Source: Bdellovibrionales bacterium
GTDB taxonomy: Bacteria; Pseudomonadota; Alphaproteobacteria; Micavibrionales; Micavibrionaceae
DNA length: 64,000 nucleotides
NCBI GenBank assembly: GCA_045106175.1
Contig: JBGCEF010000033.1
Coordinates: 5,319 to 69,318 of the forward strand
Direction: 5' to 3'
Each line of letters starts with the position of its first letter. Position 1 is the stretch's first letter. Positions 1 through 8,669 of this stretch are shown piece by piece. The notes beneath the pieces are model-generated. The model made no database searches and had not been told where the DNA came from. It saw nothing but the letters and a program-made list of their open reading frames with translations. Both the position numbers and the translations under genes were made by a program.

Positions 1-510
1 TTTTGGATCGGCAATAGGAACACGTGTGTGGAAGCGTATGACTTTTATATGATCGATTGCTTGTAGTTGTCGCATCATGTTTGAGAGTTGTTTTGATGAT
101 AAAACTAATGGATCTCCGCCTGTTAAGATAACCTCCCAAATTTCTTTATTGTTTGCGATGTAATTAATTGCCGTGTTGCGTTCTTCTTCGTTTAAAATGT
201 CACTGCCAGGGCCGACCTTTTCGCGGCGAAAGCAATAGCGGCAATAAACGGCGCAGACATTTGCAGGTTTGAAAAGTACACGATCAGGATAGCGATGTAC
301 GATTCCTTTTACGGGTGTGTGAGCTTCATCGCCTATTGGGTCTGCGTTTTCTTCTGGTGTTTGGATCAGCTCAGCAGGCGTAGGGATATATTGGCGTGCG
401 ATTGGGTCATTATCGGGGGTGCCAGTGATGAGTTGATTAATTGTACCAGTTGTACGGAATGCGTAGCGATCGGAGACGGCCTTTATTGTTTTACGTATGC
501 GATCTGACAT
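1..510 (-). CDS. KamA/EpmB-family radical SAM protein (lysine 2,3-aminomutase-like); partial, 3' end runs off the window
   Basis: Absent from the ORF track because it runs off the window edge. Reverse-strand translation from the ATG (complement of 508-510) reads MSDRIRKTIKAVSDRYAFRTTG...NVCAVYCRYCFRREKVGPGS...EIWEVILTGGDPLVLS. It carries the CX3CX2C radical-SAM motif and the GGDPL block typical of the KamA family. Confidence 0.8.
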   Translation of the reverse strand, partial: MSDRIRKTIKAVSDRYAFRTTGTINQLITGTPDNDPIARQYIPTPAELIQTPEENADPIGDEAHTPVKGIVHRYPDRVLFKPANVCAVYCRYCFRREKVGPGSDILNEEERNTAINYIANNKEIWEVILTGGDPLVLSSKQLSNMMRQLQAIDHIKVIRFHTRVPIADPK

Positions 511-545
511 ATTAATTTGCTCAATTTTTTTTGAAAATATGCGCT

Positions 546-2063
546 TTAATCATTCACAATTAGTTCAGAGAGGACTTTAACACCGAAACCAGAACCGTAT
601 TTTGGAACAGTTGGTTGGTCGGATTTTCGCCATGCTGTACCCGCAATGTCCATATGTGCCCAAGGGATGTCATTTTCGATGAAATGTTCAAGGAAACCAG
701 CGGCTGTACAGGCTCCAGCAAATCGGCCAGATTTGGCTAAATTTTGTAAATCTGCGACGTTGCTGACCATATCGTTTTTGTAAACGGTGTCTAATGGCAT
801 ACGCCATAGTTTCTCGCCAGTGGTTTGGCTTGCTTTATCCATGTCGTTCCATAAATCACTATCATTGACGAATGTGCCGCAATATTCATGGCCTAATGCG
901 ACCATCATAGCACCGGTCAGTGTGGCAAGATCGATGATGAATTTGGGTTTAAATTTTTGCTGGATATGGGTAAGGCAATCGGCGAGGACGAGACGACCTT
1001 CTGCGTCTGTGTTGAGGACTTCGATTGTTTTGCCGGAGAGGGATCCGATAATATCGCCGGGCCTGTAGGCGTTGTGTGATGGCATATTTTCCGCCAAACC
1101 GACAATAGCGACGACATCTTTTTCAACCTTGTTGAGTGCAATGGCTTTCATGGTTCCGATCACCGCAGCAGATCCGCCCATGTCCATTTTCATTTCATCC
1201 ATACCTGCTCCAGGTTTGAGTGAAATGCCGCCTGTATCGAAGGTTACACCTTTACCGACCAGTGCGATGGGTGCATCTTTTGTTTTAGTCTTTTGACCTT
1301 TCCAGTGCATGACAACCATGCGAGGTTGTCTTTCGGAGCCTTTACCAACGGCTAAAATTGCGTCCATGCCCAGCTTTGCCATTTTCTTTTCATCAATAAT
1401 CTCAACTGTAACACCAAGTGGTTTTAACTCACTTTGGATGAATTTTGCGTAGCTTTCGGGATAAAGATCGTTTGGCGGTGCGTTTACCAGATCACGCGCG
1501 GTGAAAACAGATTCAGCGATGTTATCAAGTGTGGTGTATGTCTTTTTTGCTTTGGTATGGTCGCTGTTGATGATTGTTAATGTTTTTAATTCAGATGGAG
1601 GGCTTTTGGGCTTTGTTTTGTATTTTAGGTATGTGTAGCTTCTGAGTTTGAGGCCATATGCGATATTTGCTGTGAGGTCTGAGGTTGTAAGATTTTTGAT
1701 AGCTTTATCATCTTCGATGGACAGGCCAACCGTTGATGCACCTAGCGATTTCAGTGTTATGAATAATTTGCCGCCTGCTTCTTGAGCTTTTAGGGTGTCG
1801 AGTTTTTTGGGATCATCAAGACCGAGTAATATGAGTGTTTCTGTATCATTTTTGTTGGCGGCGTTGATGGTTAGTGTTTGGCCGAGCTTTGATTTAAAAT
1901 TGGGATTGTTGTCTAAGGTTCTTGTGATAAGAGCTTTAAAGGGCTTTGCTGTTTCACTTAATTTGCCACCTTTATAAACAGGCACGACCAATGTTTTAAT
2001 GGTTTTTGTTTGTGATTTTGAAAATGTAATTTTGGTCATGGTGATGTATCGTTTCTTTATCAT
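546..2063 (-). CDS. pepA: Leucyl aminopeptidase (M17 family)
   Basis: 505-aa ORF with the M17 signature NTDAEGRLVLAD and the VGKGVTFDTGG block. Alternative start at ATG 2039 (MTKITF). Confidence 0.93.
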   Translation of the reverse strand: MIKKRYITMTKITFSKSQTKTIKTLVVPVYKGGKLSETAKPFKALITRTLDNNPNFKSKLGQTLTINAANKNDTETLILLGLDDPKKLDTLKAQEAGGKLFITLKSLGASTVGLSIEDDKAIKNLTTSDLTANIAYGLKLRSYTYLKYKTKPKSPPSELKTLTIINSDHTKAKKTYTTLDNIAESVFTARDLVNAPPNDLYPESYAKFIQSELKPLGVTVEIIDEKKMAKLGMDAILAVGKGSERQPRMVVMHWKGQKTKTKDAPIALVGKGVTFDTGGISLKPGAGMDEMKMDMGGSAAVIGTMKAIALNKVEKDVVAIVGLAENMPSHNAYRPGDIIGSLSGKTIEVLNTDAEGRLVLADCLTHIQQKFKPKFIIDLATLTGAMMVALGHEYCGTFVNDSDLWNDMDKASQTTGEKLWRMPLDTVYKNDMVSNVADLQNLAKSGRFAGACTAAGFLEHFIENDIPWAHMDIAGTAWRKSDQPTVPKYGSGFGVKVLSELIVND

Positions 2064-2130
2064 TGTTGTTTTGATGATATTTCCTTAAAAGAGTATAAGA
2101 ATTTCAACGCTGAAGGCTAGATGAAAAGTC

Positions 2131-3255
2131 ATGTTATCCGTATTTGATCGATACATTATGAAGAATATTGCGATTGCAACTTTGTTCGTTGCGATTACTT
2201 TGTCTGCGATTATTTTCCTGACGCAATCCTTGCGGTTTTTGGAATTAGTTATTGAATCGGGAGCATCTGGTGCTGCGTTTTGGCAGTTAACGTTTCTTGC
2301 GTTGCCGCGTTTTTTTGAAGTGATATTGCCGCTGGCTTTAATGTCTGGGGTTGTTTTTGTCTATGCGCGTATGATTTCAGATTCTGAAATTGTTGTTTTA
2401 CGCGCATCTGGTTTATCTGCGTTTCGATTATCGCGCCCCGCGATTATATTTGCGCTTGTTGTGACGGTGTTATTAATGAGTATTACCATGTGGGTGGGGC
2501 CAAAATCCCTTTCAAAGATGCAAGAGATGCGGCAAGTGATTAAATCTCAATTTTCGGCTTTGTTTTTAAAAGAGGGGGTGTTTAATCAGGTTGGTAAAGG
2601 TTTGACAGTCTATGTACGTGAGAAGGACATTAATGGTGACCTTAGAGGGCTTTTGATTCATGATTCCCGGCAAAAGAATGAAAACCCGTCTACTGTTGTA
2701 GCGCGACATGGTGTTTTGGTGAGTACGGATCGTGGGTTTGAGGTTTTGGTTCACGAGGGGTCGCGCCAAGAGTTTAATGTTCAAAAACAGGTTTTACAGC
2801 GATTGGATTTTGATCGTTATACGATTGATTTGCCTAATAGTGGTGAGGTGCGTCAGCGTTGGGCAGAGCCGGATGAGCGCACGATTATTGAGCTTTTATC
2901 ACCGGATTTGAGCAATGCGAGTGATATTCGTAATCTGGATGAGCTTAGATTAGAAGTGCATAAGCGCTTTGTGAGCCCGTTTTTGGCGCTGTCTTTTTCC
3001 TTGGTGGGATGTATGTGTCTTTTGATTGGCTCTTATAATCGCCGTGGACAGGTCCGGCGTATATTGATAGCTGTTTTGGGGGTGGCTATTTTGCAGGGCT
3101 TATATCTCGCGTTTTTTAATATTGCTAAGCAGAGTGAATTTGGTCTTGTGATGATGTATGTGATTGCGATTGGGCCGATTGGTTTTTCTCTTTTTATGCT
3201 GAGTCGTTTAAGTGAGGGGTTTAGACGCCGTACGCTTTATGGGGTTGCATCATGA
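2131..3255 (+). CDS. lptF: LPS export ABC transporter permease LptF
   Basis: 374-aa polytopic protein starting MLSVFDRYIMKN, the YjgP/YjgQ permease pattern. It overlaps the next paralogous permease by 4 nt. Confidence 0.85.
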   Translation: MLSVFDRYIMKNIAIATLFVAITLSAIIFLTQSLRFLELVIESGASGAAFWQLTFLALPRFFEVILPLALMSGVVFVYARMISDSEIVVLRASGLSAFRLSRPAIIFALVVTVLLMSITMWVGPKSLSKMQEMRQVIKSQFSALFLKEGVFNQVGKGLTVYVREKDINGDLRGLLIHDSRQKNENPSTVVARHGVLVSTDRGFEVLVHEGSRQEFNVQKQVLQRLDFDRYTIDLPNSGEVRQRWAEPDERTIIELLSPDLSNASDIRNLDELRLEVHKRFVSPFLALSFSLVGCMCLLIGSYNRRGQVRRILIAVLGVAILQGLYLAFFNIAKQSEFGLVMMYVIAIGPIGFSLFMLSRLSEGFRRRTLYGVAS

Positions 3256-4367
3256 GAATTAGTCAGACGTTTAGTCGTTATATTGCAATGAAATATCTTA
3301 CCAATACGCTCTTTTTATTGTTGGCTCTGATGGGGGTTGTTTATCTTTTTGATACGGTTGAGCTGATTAGGCGTGCCAGTAAGGTTGAGGGGGTATCTTT
3401 AGGGCTTGTGATGCAGATGGGTTTTTTTAAGCTGCCTGAGGTTATACAAATCTTGTTTCCTTTTGCCATTTTATTTGCTGCGATGTTTACTTTTTGGCAG
3501 CTTAACCGTCGCCAAGAATTGGTCGTTGTGCGCTCAGCGGGTTTTTCTGTGTGGCAGTTTTTAGCGCCCGTTATTGGAACGGCTGTTGCGATTGGGATTT
3601 TACAGATTGGTGTTTTAAACCCTATTGGTGCTTTATTGGTTAATAAGTATGAACAATTAGAAAATAGTTATCTTAAACAACAAGATGACCACATCGCTAT
3701 TTTTGAAGAGGGGTTGTGGCTTCGTCAAAAAGTTCACTTGGGCGCGCCTTACTCAGAAAAAGGGTATGTTATATTAAATGCGAGCCGAATACAGCGTGAT
3801 GATTGGCGCATTAAAGATGTAAAAGCTTTGTTTTTTGATAATGATGATAATTTTGTCAGTCGACTTGATGCATTATATGCAACCCTTGAAGGGGGGGCGT
3901 GGGTTTTTAATGAACCTCTTATTCATCAAAGTAATGGTGAAATCATAAATCTGCCTATTTTCAAAATCCCCACATATTTAACGATTAATGATGTTGAGGG
4001 CACGTTTGCCTCTACGTCTTCGTTATCATTTTGGCAGTTGCCGGGACATATTGAAACGCTTGAAACAACAGGTTTTGATGCCAGTTCGCTTAAGGTTCAC
4101 TATCATAATTTATTATCTCAGCCGTTATTTTACATTGGTATGGTTTTGCTAGCGGCGATTGTATCGATGCGGCCTCCAAGGCAAAGGCAGGGGTTTGTTT
4201 TGTTTTCAACAGGTGTTTTTATAGGCTTTTTTGTGTTCTTTATGACTAGCTTTTTGCAAGCTTTAGGAGCATCGCAGCAGATTCCGGTGATTTTGGCGGC
4301 CTGGTCGCCTGCCTTGATCTGTTTTATGCTTGGAATTAGTGTGATTATAAACTTAGAGGATGGTTAA
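3252..4367 (+). CDS. lptG: LPS export ABC transporter permease LptG
   Basis: 371-aa YjgP/YjgQ-type permease (FSRYIAMKYLTN...), translationally coupled to lptF. Confidence 0.85.
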   Translation: MRISQTFSRYIAMKYLTNTLFLLLALMGVVYLFDTVELIRRASKVEGVSLGLVMQMGFFKLPEVIQILFPFAILFAAMFTFWQLNRRQELVVVRSAGFSVWQFLAPVIGTAVAIGILQIGVLNPIGALLVNKYEQLENSYLKQQDDHIAIFEEGLWLRQKVHLGAPYSEKGYVILNASRIQRDDWRIKDVKALFFDNDDNFVSRLDALYATLEGGAWVFNEPLIHQSNGEIINLPIFKIPTYLTINDVEGTFASTSSLSFWQLPGHIETLETTGFDASSLKVHYHNLLSQPLFYIGMVLLAAIVSMRPPRQRQGFVLFSTGVFIGFFVFFMTSFLQALGASQQIPVILAAWSPALICFMLGISVIINLEDG

Positions 4368-4457
4368 CCTTTTCATGTTATAAATTGAGCTATATAAGCT
4401 ATTGACTTCATGTCAGTGATAAAGAAAATAGATAATAGAGGGTTATAGGGATTTGTT

Positions 4458-5237
4458 ATGGTTAAAAATATTAGAGAGCTGAGTAAATATAGTTTTTTGT
4501 GTGCCGCTGTTTGCGGTCTTATGTTGACAAGTGGTTGTGCTTCGCAGGATCAATCGGCACTTGGCGGTGATGTTGTTATTTCCGATCCGCTAGAAGACAC
4601 AAATCGTGCGGTTTTTAAATTCAACGAAGTTGTTGATGATACAATTATTCACCCTACTGTTAGGGGATATCGTTTTGTTGTGCCTAAAGATATTCGTAAC
4701 CGTTTGGGAGATTTCTTACGCAATTTACAAAGTCCGGTTATTTTTGCGAACCAAGTTTTGCAAGGTGATATCGAAGGTGCAGGTCATGTGCTTTTGAGAA
4801 CGACAATTAACACTTTTGCTGGTTTTGGCGGATTGTTTGATTTTGCAGCGAAAGAAGGTTTACCTCACGAGTCAGAAGATTTTGGGCAGACACTTGCGGT
4901 ATGGGGTCTGGATCATGGTCCTTACCTCGTTGTTCCAATTTTAGGGCCTAGCACAGCACGTGATTCTGTTGGTTATATCGTTGATTCCTTTGCTGATCCG
5001 ATACGTTGGTATTTGTTTGATATTGGTGAGGAGCATTTAGCGTATAAAAGAACTGGTGCGAATTATCTTAATGTGCGTGATGAGCTTATGGATGTTTTGG
5101 AAGATTTGAGAAACAGTTCTATTGATTATTATGCATCAACGCGTAGTATTTATTATCAGCGTCGTGAAGCGTTGGTGAATGATGAGAATCCAGATGATGC
5201 GGTTTCTGTTTCCATTCCTGACTATGACGATGAGTAG
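4458..5237 (+). CDS. mlaA: MlaA/VacJ family outer-membrane lipoprotein
   Basis: Lipobox LTSGC in the signal peptide. VacJ blocks DPLEDTNRAVFKFNE and GPYLVVPILGPST. Confidence 0.88.
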   Translation: MVKNIRELSKYSFLCAAVCGLMLTSGCASQDQSALGGDVVISDPLEDTNRAVFKFNEVVDDTIIHPTVRGYRFVVPKDIRNRLGDFLRNLQSPVIFANQVLQGDIEGAGHVLLRTTINTFAGFGGLFDFAAKEGLPHESEDFGQTLAVWGLDHGPYLVVPILGPSTARDSVGYIVDSFADPIRWYLFDIGEEHLAYKRTGANYLNVRDELMDVLEDLRNSSIDYYASTRSIYYQRREALVNDENPDDAVSVSIPDYDDE

Positions 5238-5263
5238 TGACGTCATTTAAAAAGGATCATACT

Positions 5264-5917
5264 ATGCGTACTCATACCAAGCTGCTTTTAATTGGAGCAT
5301 GCGCTTTAACTATCGTGTCACATGAAAGCTATGCTTTTAGTAGTCATGACATCCAACGTATTAGTCAATCTTCCTTTACTGTTGTCAGTGACAATAGAGA
5401 CGAGATTGCGGAAGCGTTTGTTAATGACATGGCGAGAGATGCTATATCATTTTTGAGTGATACTGGCCTTTCGGAAACTACGAAACAGCAACGTTTTTCC
5501 AGACTCTTAAAAAGAAGTTTTGATATGCCTACTATAGGTCGCTTTGCACTCGGTAAGTACTGGCGTCAGGCGTCTGCGCAACAACGTGATGAATATCAAA
5601 GTCTGTTTAGAGATATGATTATTGAGGTTTATTCGCGTCGTTTTGGTGAATATAAAGGGCAGGGCTTAAACGTAAGCGGTAGTCGTACGATGCAGAAGAA
5701 TGATGTTGCGGTCAGTACCTTAGTTGTTCCGAAAGATGGCGGGCCCAAGGTTAAGGTCGATTGGCGTTTACGTAAGAAAAATGGTCAATACAAAGTTATT
5801 GATATTATCGTTGAAGGTGTCAGTATGGCCTTAACGCAGCGTTCTGATTTTTCATCTGTTATACAGCGTGGCGGTGGGCAAGTGTCCGTATTGTTGGATC
5901 ATTTACGCGCGCAGTAG
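5264..5917 (+). CDS. mlaC: Phospholipid-binding periplasmic protein MlaC (Ttg2D/toluene-tolerance family)
   Basis: Signal peptide followed by Ttg2D-like blocks (FDMPTIGRFALGKYWRQAS, YKVIDIIVEGVSM). The ATG at 5264 with an AAAGGA RBS is preferred over the track's GTG at 5237. Confidence 0.8.
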   Translation: MRTHTKLLLIGACALTIVSHESYAFSSHDIQRISQSSFTVVSDNRDEIAEAFVNDMARDAISFLSDTGLSETTKQQRFSRLLKRSFDMPTIGRFALGKYWRQASAQQRDEYQSLFRDMIIEVYSRRFGEYKGQGLNVSGSRTMQKNDVAVSTLVVPKDGGPKVKVDWRLRKKNGQYKVIDIIVEGVSMALTQRSDFSSVIQRGGGQVSVLLDHLRAQ

Positions 5918-5945
5918 CTGTTTTATTCTTTAGATTAATATTTTT

Positions 5946-8648
5946 TTAACCGCCTGCGATTGCTTGGAGGTTACCTTGGGTTGCGCCTTGAACTTGGTTA
6001 GACACTAGCACACTTCCGCGATAGACATTATTGGTTAGCTGACCGGCTGGGTCGCCCGCGTTTTCTTGGAATGTTGCTGCATTAGAGCCCATCCAGCGCA
6101 GAATGTTGTTTGGTATGAGATCAATCAATTTAAAGCACGACATACCAACAAGATAGCAAATGATGGCGTACATTGCCGTGAAGAAGAATTGGTCTATTGG
6201 TCCCCTGTAATAAGCAATTTGTGTTGGTAATGCCTTAATTTCGCCTTCCACGCCAAAGCCTGCAGTGTTTGCAACGAGTAAGTCAAATATACTGTTCAAT
6301 ACGAACACCAGGGCGGAGAATATACTAATACTTGCGAGCAGTCCGAATAATATCAAAATCGGTCTTAAGAAAATCTCACAGAGTAAGAAATAACCATTTG
6401 CAGCGTCTTGTCCGGGAATTCCTTCGCCATCAATACGAATGTGTGCAAGTGCCCAAAGTGGCATTGCTACAATGGCTTCGAAAATACTTTTAACCCACCC
6501 ACTGACGGCGAATAAGAAGTAGATGAATGGCAGGAACGGTAAGACGTAGTATAAAATTACTGCGATACCGATTGATGAGATGATGACAGAGAACATGAAG
6601 CCGCTCAGCACTTTCGCAAGCTCTGCTGGAACGTCTCCGAGGATCGCTTCTAAACCGCCGCCAACATACCCTGCCGATGCGATGGCTGTGTTGCGAATGG
6701 TCGCTTCCATCATACCTTTTCCAATGGCTGTAAGTTGTGCGAGTGGGTTGATATCAACATTTTTGCGCATATCGAAAACGCCGCTTGTTCCAAGGATTAG
6801 ATTGATAACATCGAGGACTGCGTTGCCTGTGCTTTCGGTTTCTGCGGTGTCTGCTGCGTTGCGTTCTTGCCAGAAATTATGCGCGTAATAAATTGCATTG
6901 TAAGTTTCTTGTCGGTCTCCAGGAAGCTCCATAGCTGTCCCGTCCGCAAGAATTGGATTGTATTTGTTTTCGCCAGTAATGTTGAGATTTTCTTGGAGGC
7001 GTCTTTCATAGGTTAGCTCCATAGAATAGGGGTATAGTGTTGGTCGTGGGATATTGAGTGATGCGTCTATGACGGCGCCATTCATTTCAGCAATGCGGTT
7101 AAACCATATCGCTGCGCCGGCCCATCCTTTTTCAATGATTTCTGGAGGTACTAGAAAATTACCGGATGCTTGTTGTTGTGCGACACCGTTATCAATGGAA
7201 GCCTGTGCAAATGCATCGAAGATACTTTTCATCTCTTCAACATATTCATTGTTTGGTTCATATGTTACATCTGCGCATGTTGGATCTCTATCATAGTCGG
7301 ATATACGGCTTCTCGCTATGCATTGCGCGACTTCGTTTAGTGTTGTGTCGGTCCATAATCTATCGACAAGTTTGTAGTATTCTTCTGCGATGTAGAGAGA
7401 GCCTGGTTCAAAGTAATCAGTTGTTAGAACTGTGATATCGCCACAATGCGGGAAGACTTGCCCTGCGTAGCCCTCATATTCTGTTCCTGTTCCGACTGTT
7501 CCGAAGCGAATGTTAATATTACCGTTATAAGAGAAGCTAAGTGCTGTGCCGTATGGTGTGCCAATGTAATTATTTGCGTTTGGATTAACGCTTCCTGCGG
7601 GTGCGCCGGTTACGTAATCGGGTGGTGGCGGCCGTACGACGTATGCTTGGACGTCATTTCCGTGTTTGGTTCTCTCAACCATTGCGCAGACTTTTGCCGT
7701 TAATATGAATTGGTTTAAATTACCCATTTCTGGTCTGTTTGGAATGGCTACCAGGTTTGATTGATCACCTAAAAATGTTCCAGTTGATAATGTTGTATTG
7801 AAGTATGCCCAGCCATTTGATGCGAAATTAGAGCCATGTTTGGCGACCCAGAATGTTAGCATTTGCGCGCCGTTTAAGCCGTTATTATTATCACTTAGAT
7901 TGAGTGGGATGATCATTGCGAAGAACAACACAAAGCGTACGGGGGCCCATGCTCTGTTAAAGCGTTGCCCGAATGGTGTTCCTGTTGCTGCGGTTTCACC
8001 GACAACTGTAATTGTAAAATAGACAAAAAGCATTGCGGCCACGACGATGATGCCTAGTGAATAAAATCTGAGCATTGTATGTAAGGCGTCATGGAATGGA
8101 TATGGATATGCAGGGATGGCGGCAATGGATGGTACTCCGCTACTGCTTTCGCAAGCAACGAGCATTGAAACACAGGATTCGTAAATGCCAACCATTCCAA
8201 AGACGCGGTCTAGTATTATAAAGGCAAGATCTTGCTCTGGGCCTGCTGATCCTGTTGTTGCATTGGGGTTTAAAAATAAATCTTCGACAGGGAAGCCGAG
8301 CGCAAATGCAGAATGTGATGCAAAAAATGCAAGCCCCAGTAGTATAATTTGGATAATGATAATAGCTAAACCAGTCAGGATCGTGAAGAAAATGATGATT
8401 TGATCTGTGTTTTTTCGTTTAAAAACGAGGTTATCTGCGGCGGCCATAATAACATGCCGAATGCCGTATTTACCAATATTAGTACGATTGAGGTAAGGGT
8501 GACCATCAGGGATTAATTTTACAATGTTGTAAACAAGCGCAATGTAGAAAGCCAACGTTGAAAAACCGGATGTGGCAAGCGTCATGATTCTTGGAATAAA
8601 ACCAGGAAGCACGCTGTATTTGATTGCCTTTTTTGTGTTGGTTTTCAT
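5946..8648 (-). CDS. Large polytopic membrane protein, paralog 1 of 3; DotA/TraY-like (tentative)
   Basis: 900 aa. Shares these blocks with the two upstream ORFs: HPY..NIGKYGIRHVI, DLAFIILDRVFG, CX6C, ETAATGTPFGQRF..WAPVR, GWAGAAIWFNRIAEMNG, LPFLPFIYFLFAV..WVK.IFEA....PLWALAHIRIDGEG.PG, EIFLRPIL, FKLIDLIPNNILRWMG. The family assignment is from memory of Legionella DotA motifs and is not aligned. Confidence 0.55.
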   Translation of the reverse strand: MKTNTKKAIKYSVLPGFIPRIMTLATSGFSTLAFYIALVYNIVKLIPDGHPYLNRTNIGKYGIRHVIMAAADNLVFKRKNTDQIIIFFTILTGLAIIIIQIILLGLAFFASHSAFALGFPVEDLFLNPNATTGSAGPEQDLAFIILDRVFGMVGIYESCVSMLVACESSSGVPSIAAIPAYPYPFHDALHTMLRFYSLGIIVVAAMLFVYFTITVVGETAATGTPFGQRFNRAWAPVRFVLFFAMIIPLNLSDNNNGLNGAQMLTFWVAKHGSNFASNGWAYFNTTLSTGTFLGDQSNLVAIPNRPEMGNLNQFILTAKVCAMVERTKHGNDVQAYVVRPPPPDYVTGAPAGSVNPNANNYIGTPYGTALSFSYNGNINIRFGTVGTGTEYEGYAGQVFPHCGDITVLTTDYFEPGSLYIAEEYYKLVDRLWTDTTLNEVAQCIARSRISDYDRDPTCADVTYEPNNEYVEEMKSIFDAFAQASIDNGVAQQQASGNFLVPPEIIEKGWAGAAIWFNRIAEMNGAVIDASLNIPRPTLYPYSMELTYERRLQENLNITGENKYNPILADGTAMELPGDRQETYNAIYYAHNFWQERNAADTAETESTGNAVLDVINLILGTSGVFDMRKNVDINPLAQLTAIGKGMMEATIRNTAIASAGYVGGGLEAILGDVPAELAKVLSGFMFSVIISSIGIAVILYYVLPFLPFIYFLFAVSGWVKSIFEAIVAMPLWALAHIRIDGEGIPGQDAANGYFLLCEIFLRPILILFGLLASISIFSALVFVLNSIFDLLVANTAGFGVEGEIKALPTQIAYYRGPIDQFFFTAMYAIICYLVGMSCFKLIDLIPNNILRWMGSNAATFQENAGDPAGQLTNNVYRGSVLVSNQVQGATQGNLQAIAGG

Positions 8649-8669
8649 TGGCTGTTTTCACCCATTCCT

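Noticed and set aside
295-507. 70-aa plus-strand ORF at the left edge.
   Set aside because: It is antisense to the clearly coding KamA-family radical SAM gene (CX3CX2C and GGDPL motifs on the minus strand). The Cys/Trp-rich translation looks like a shadow frame.
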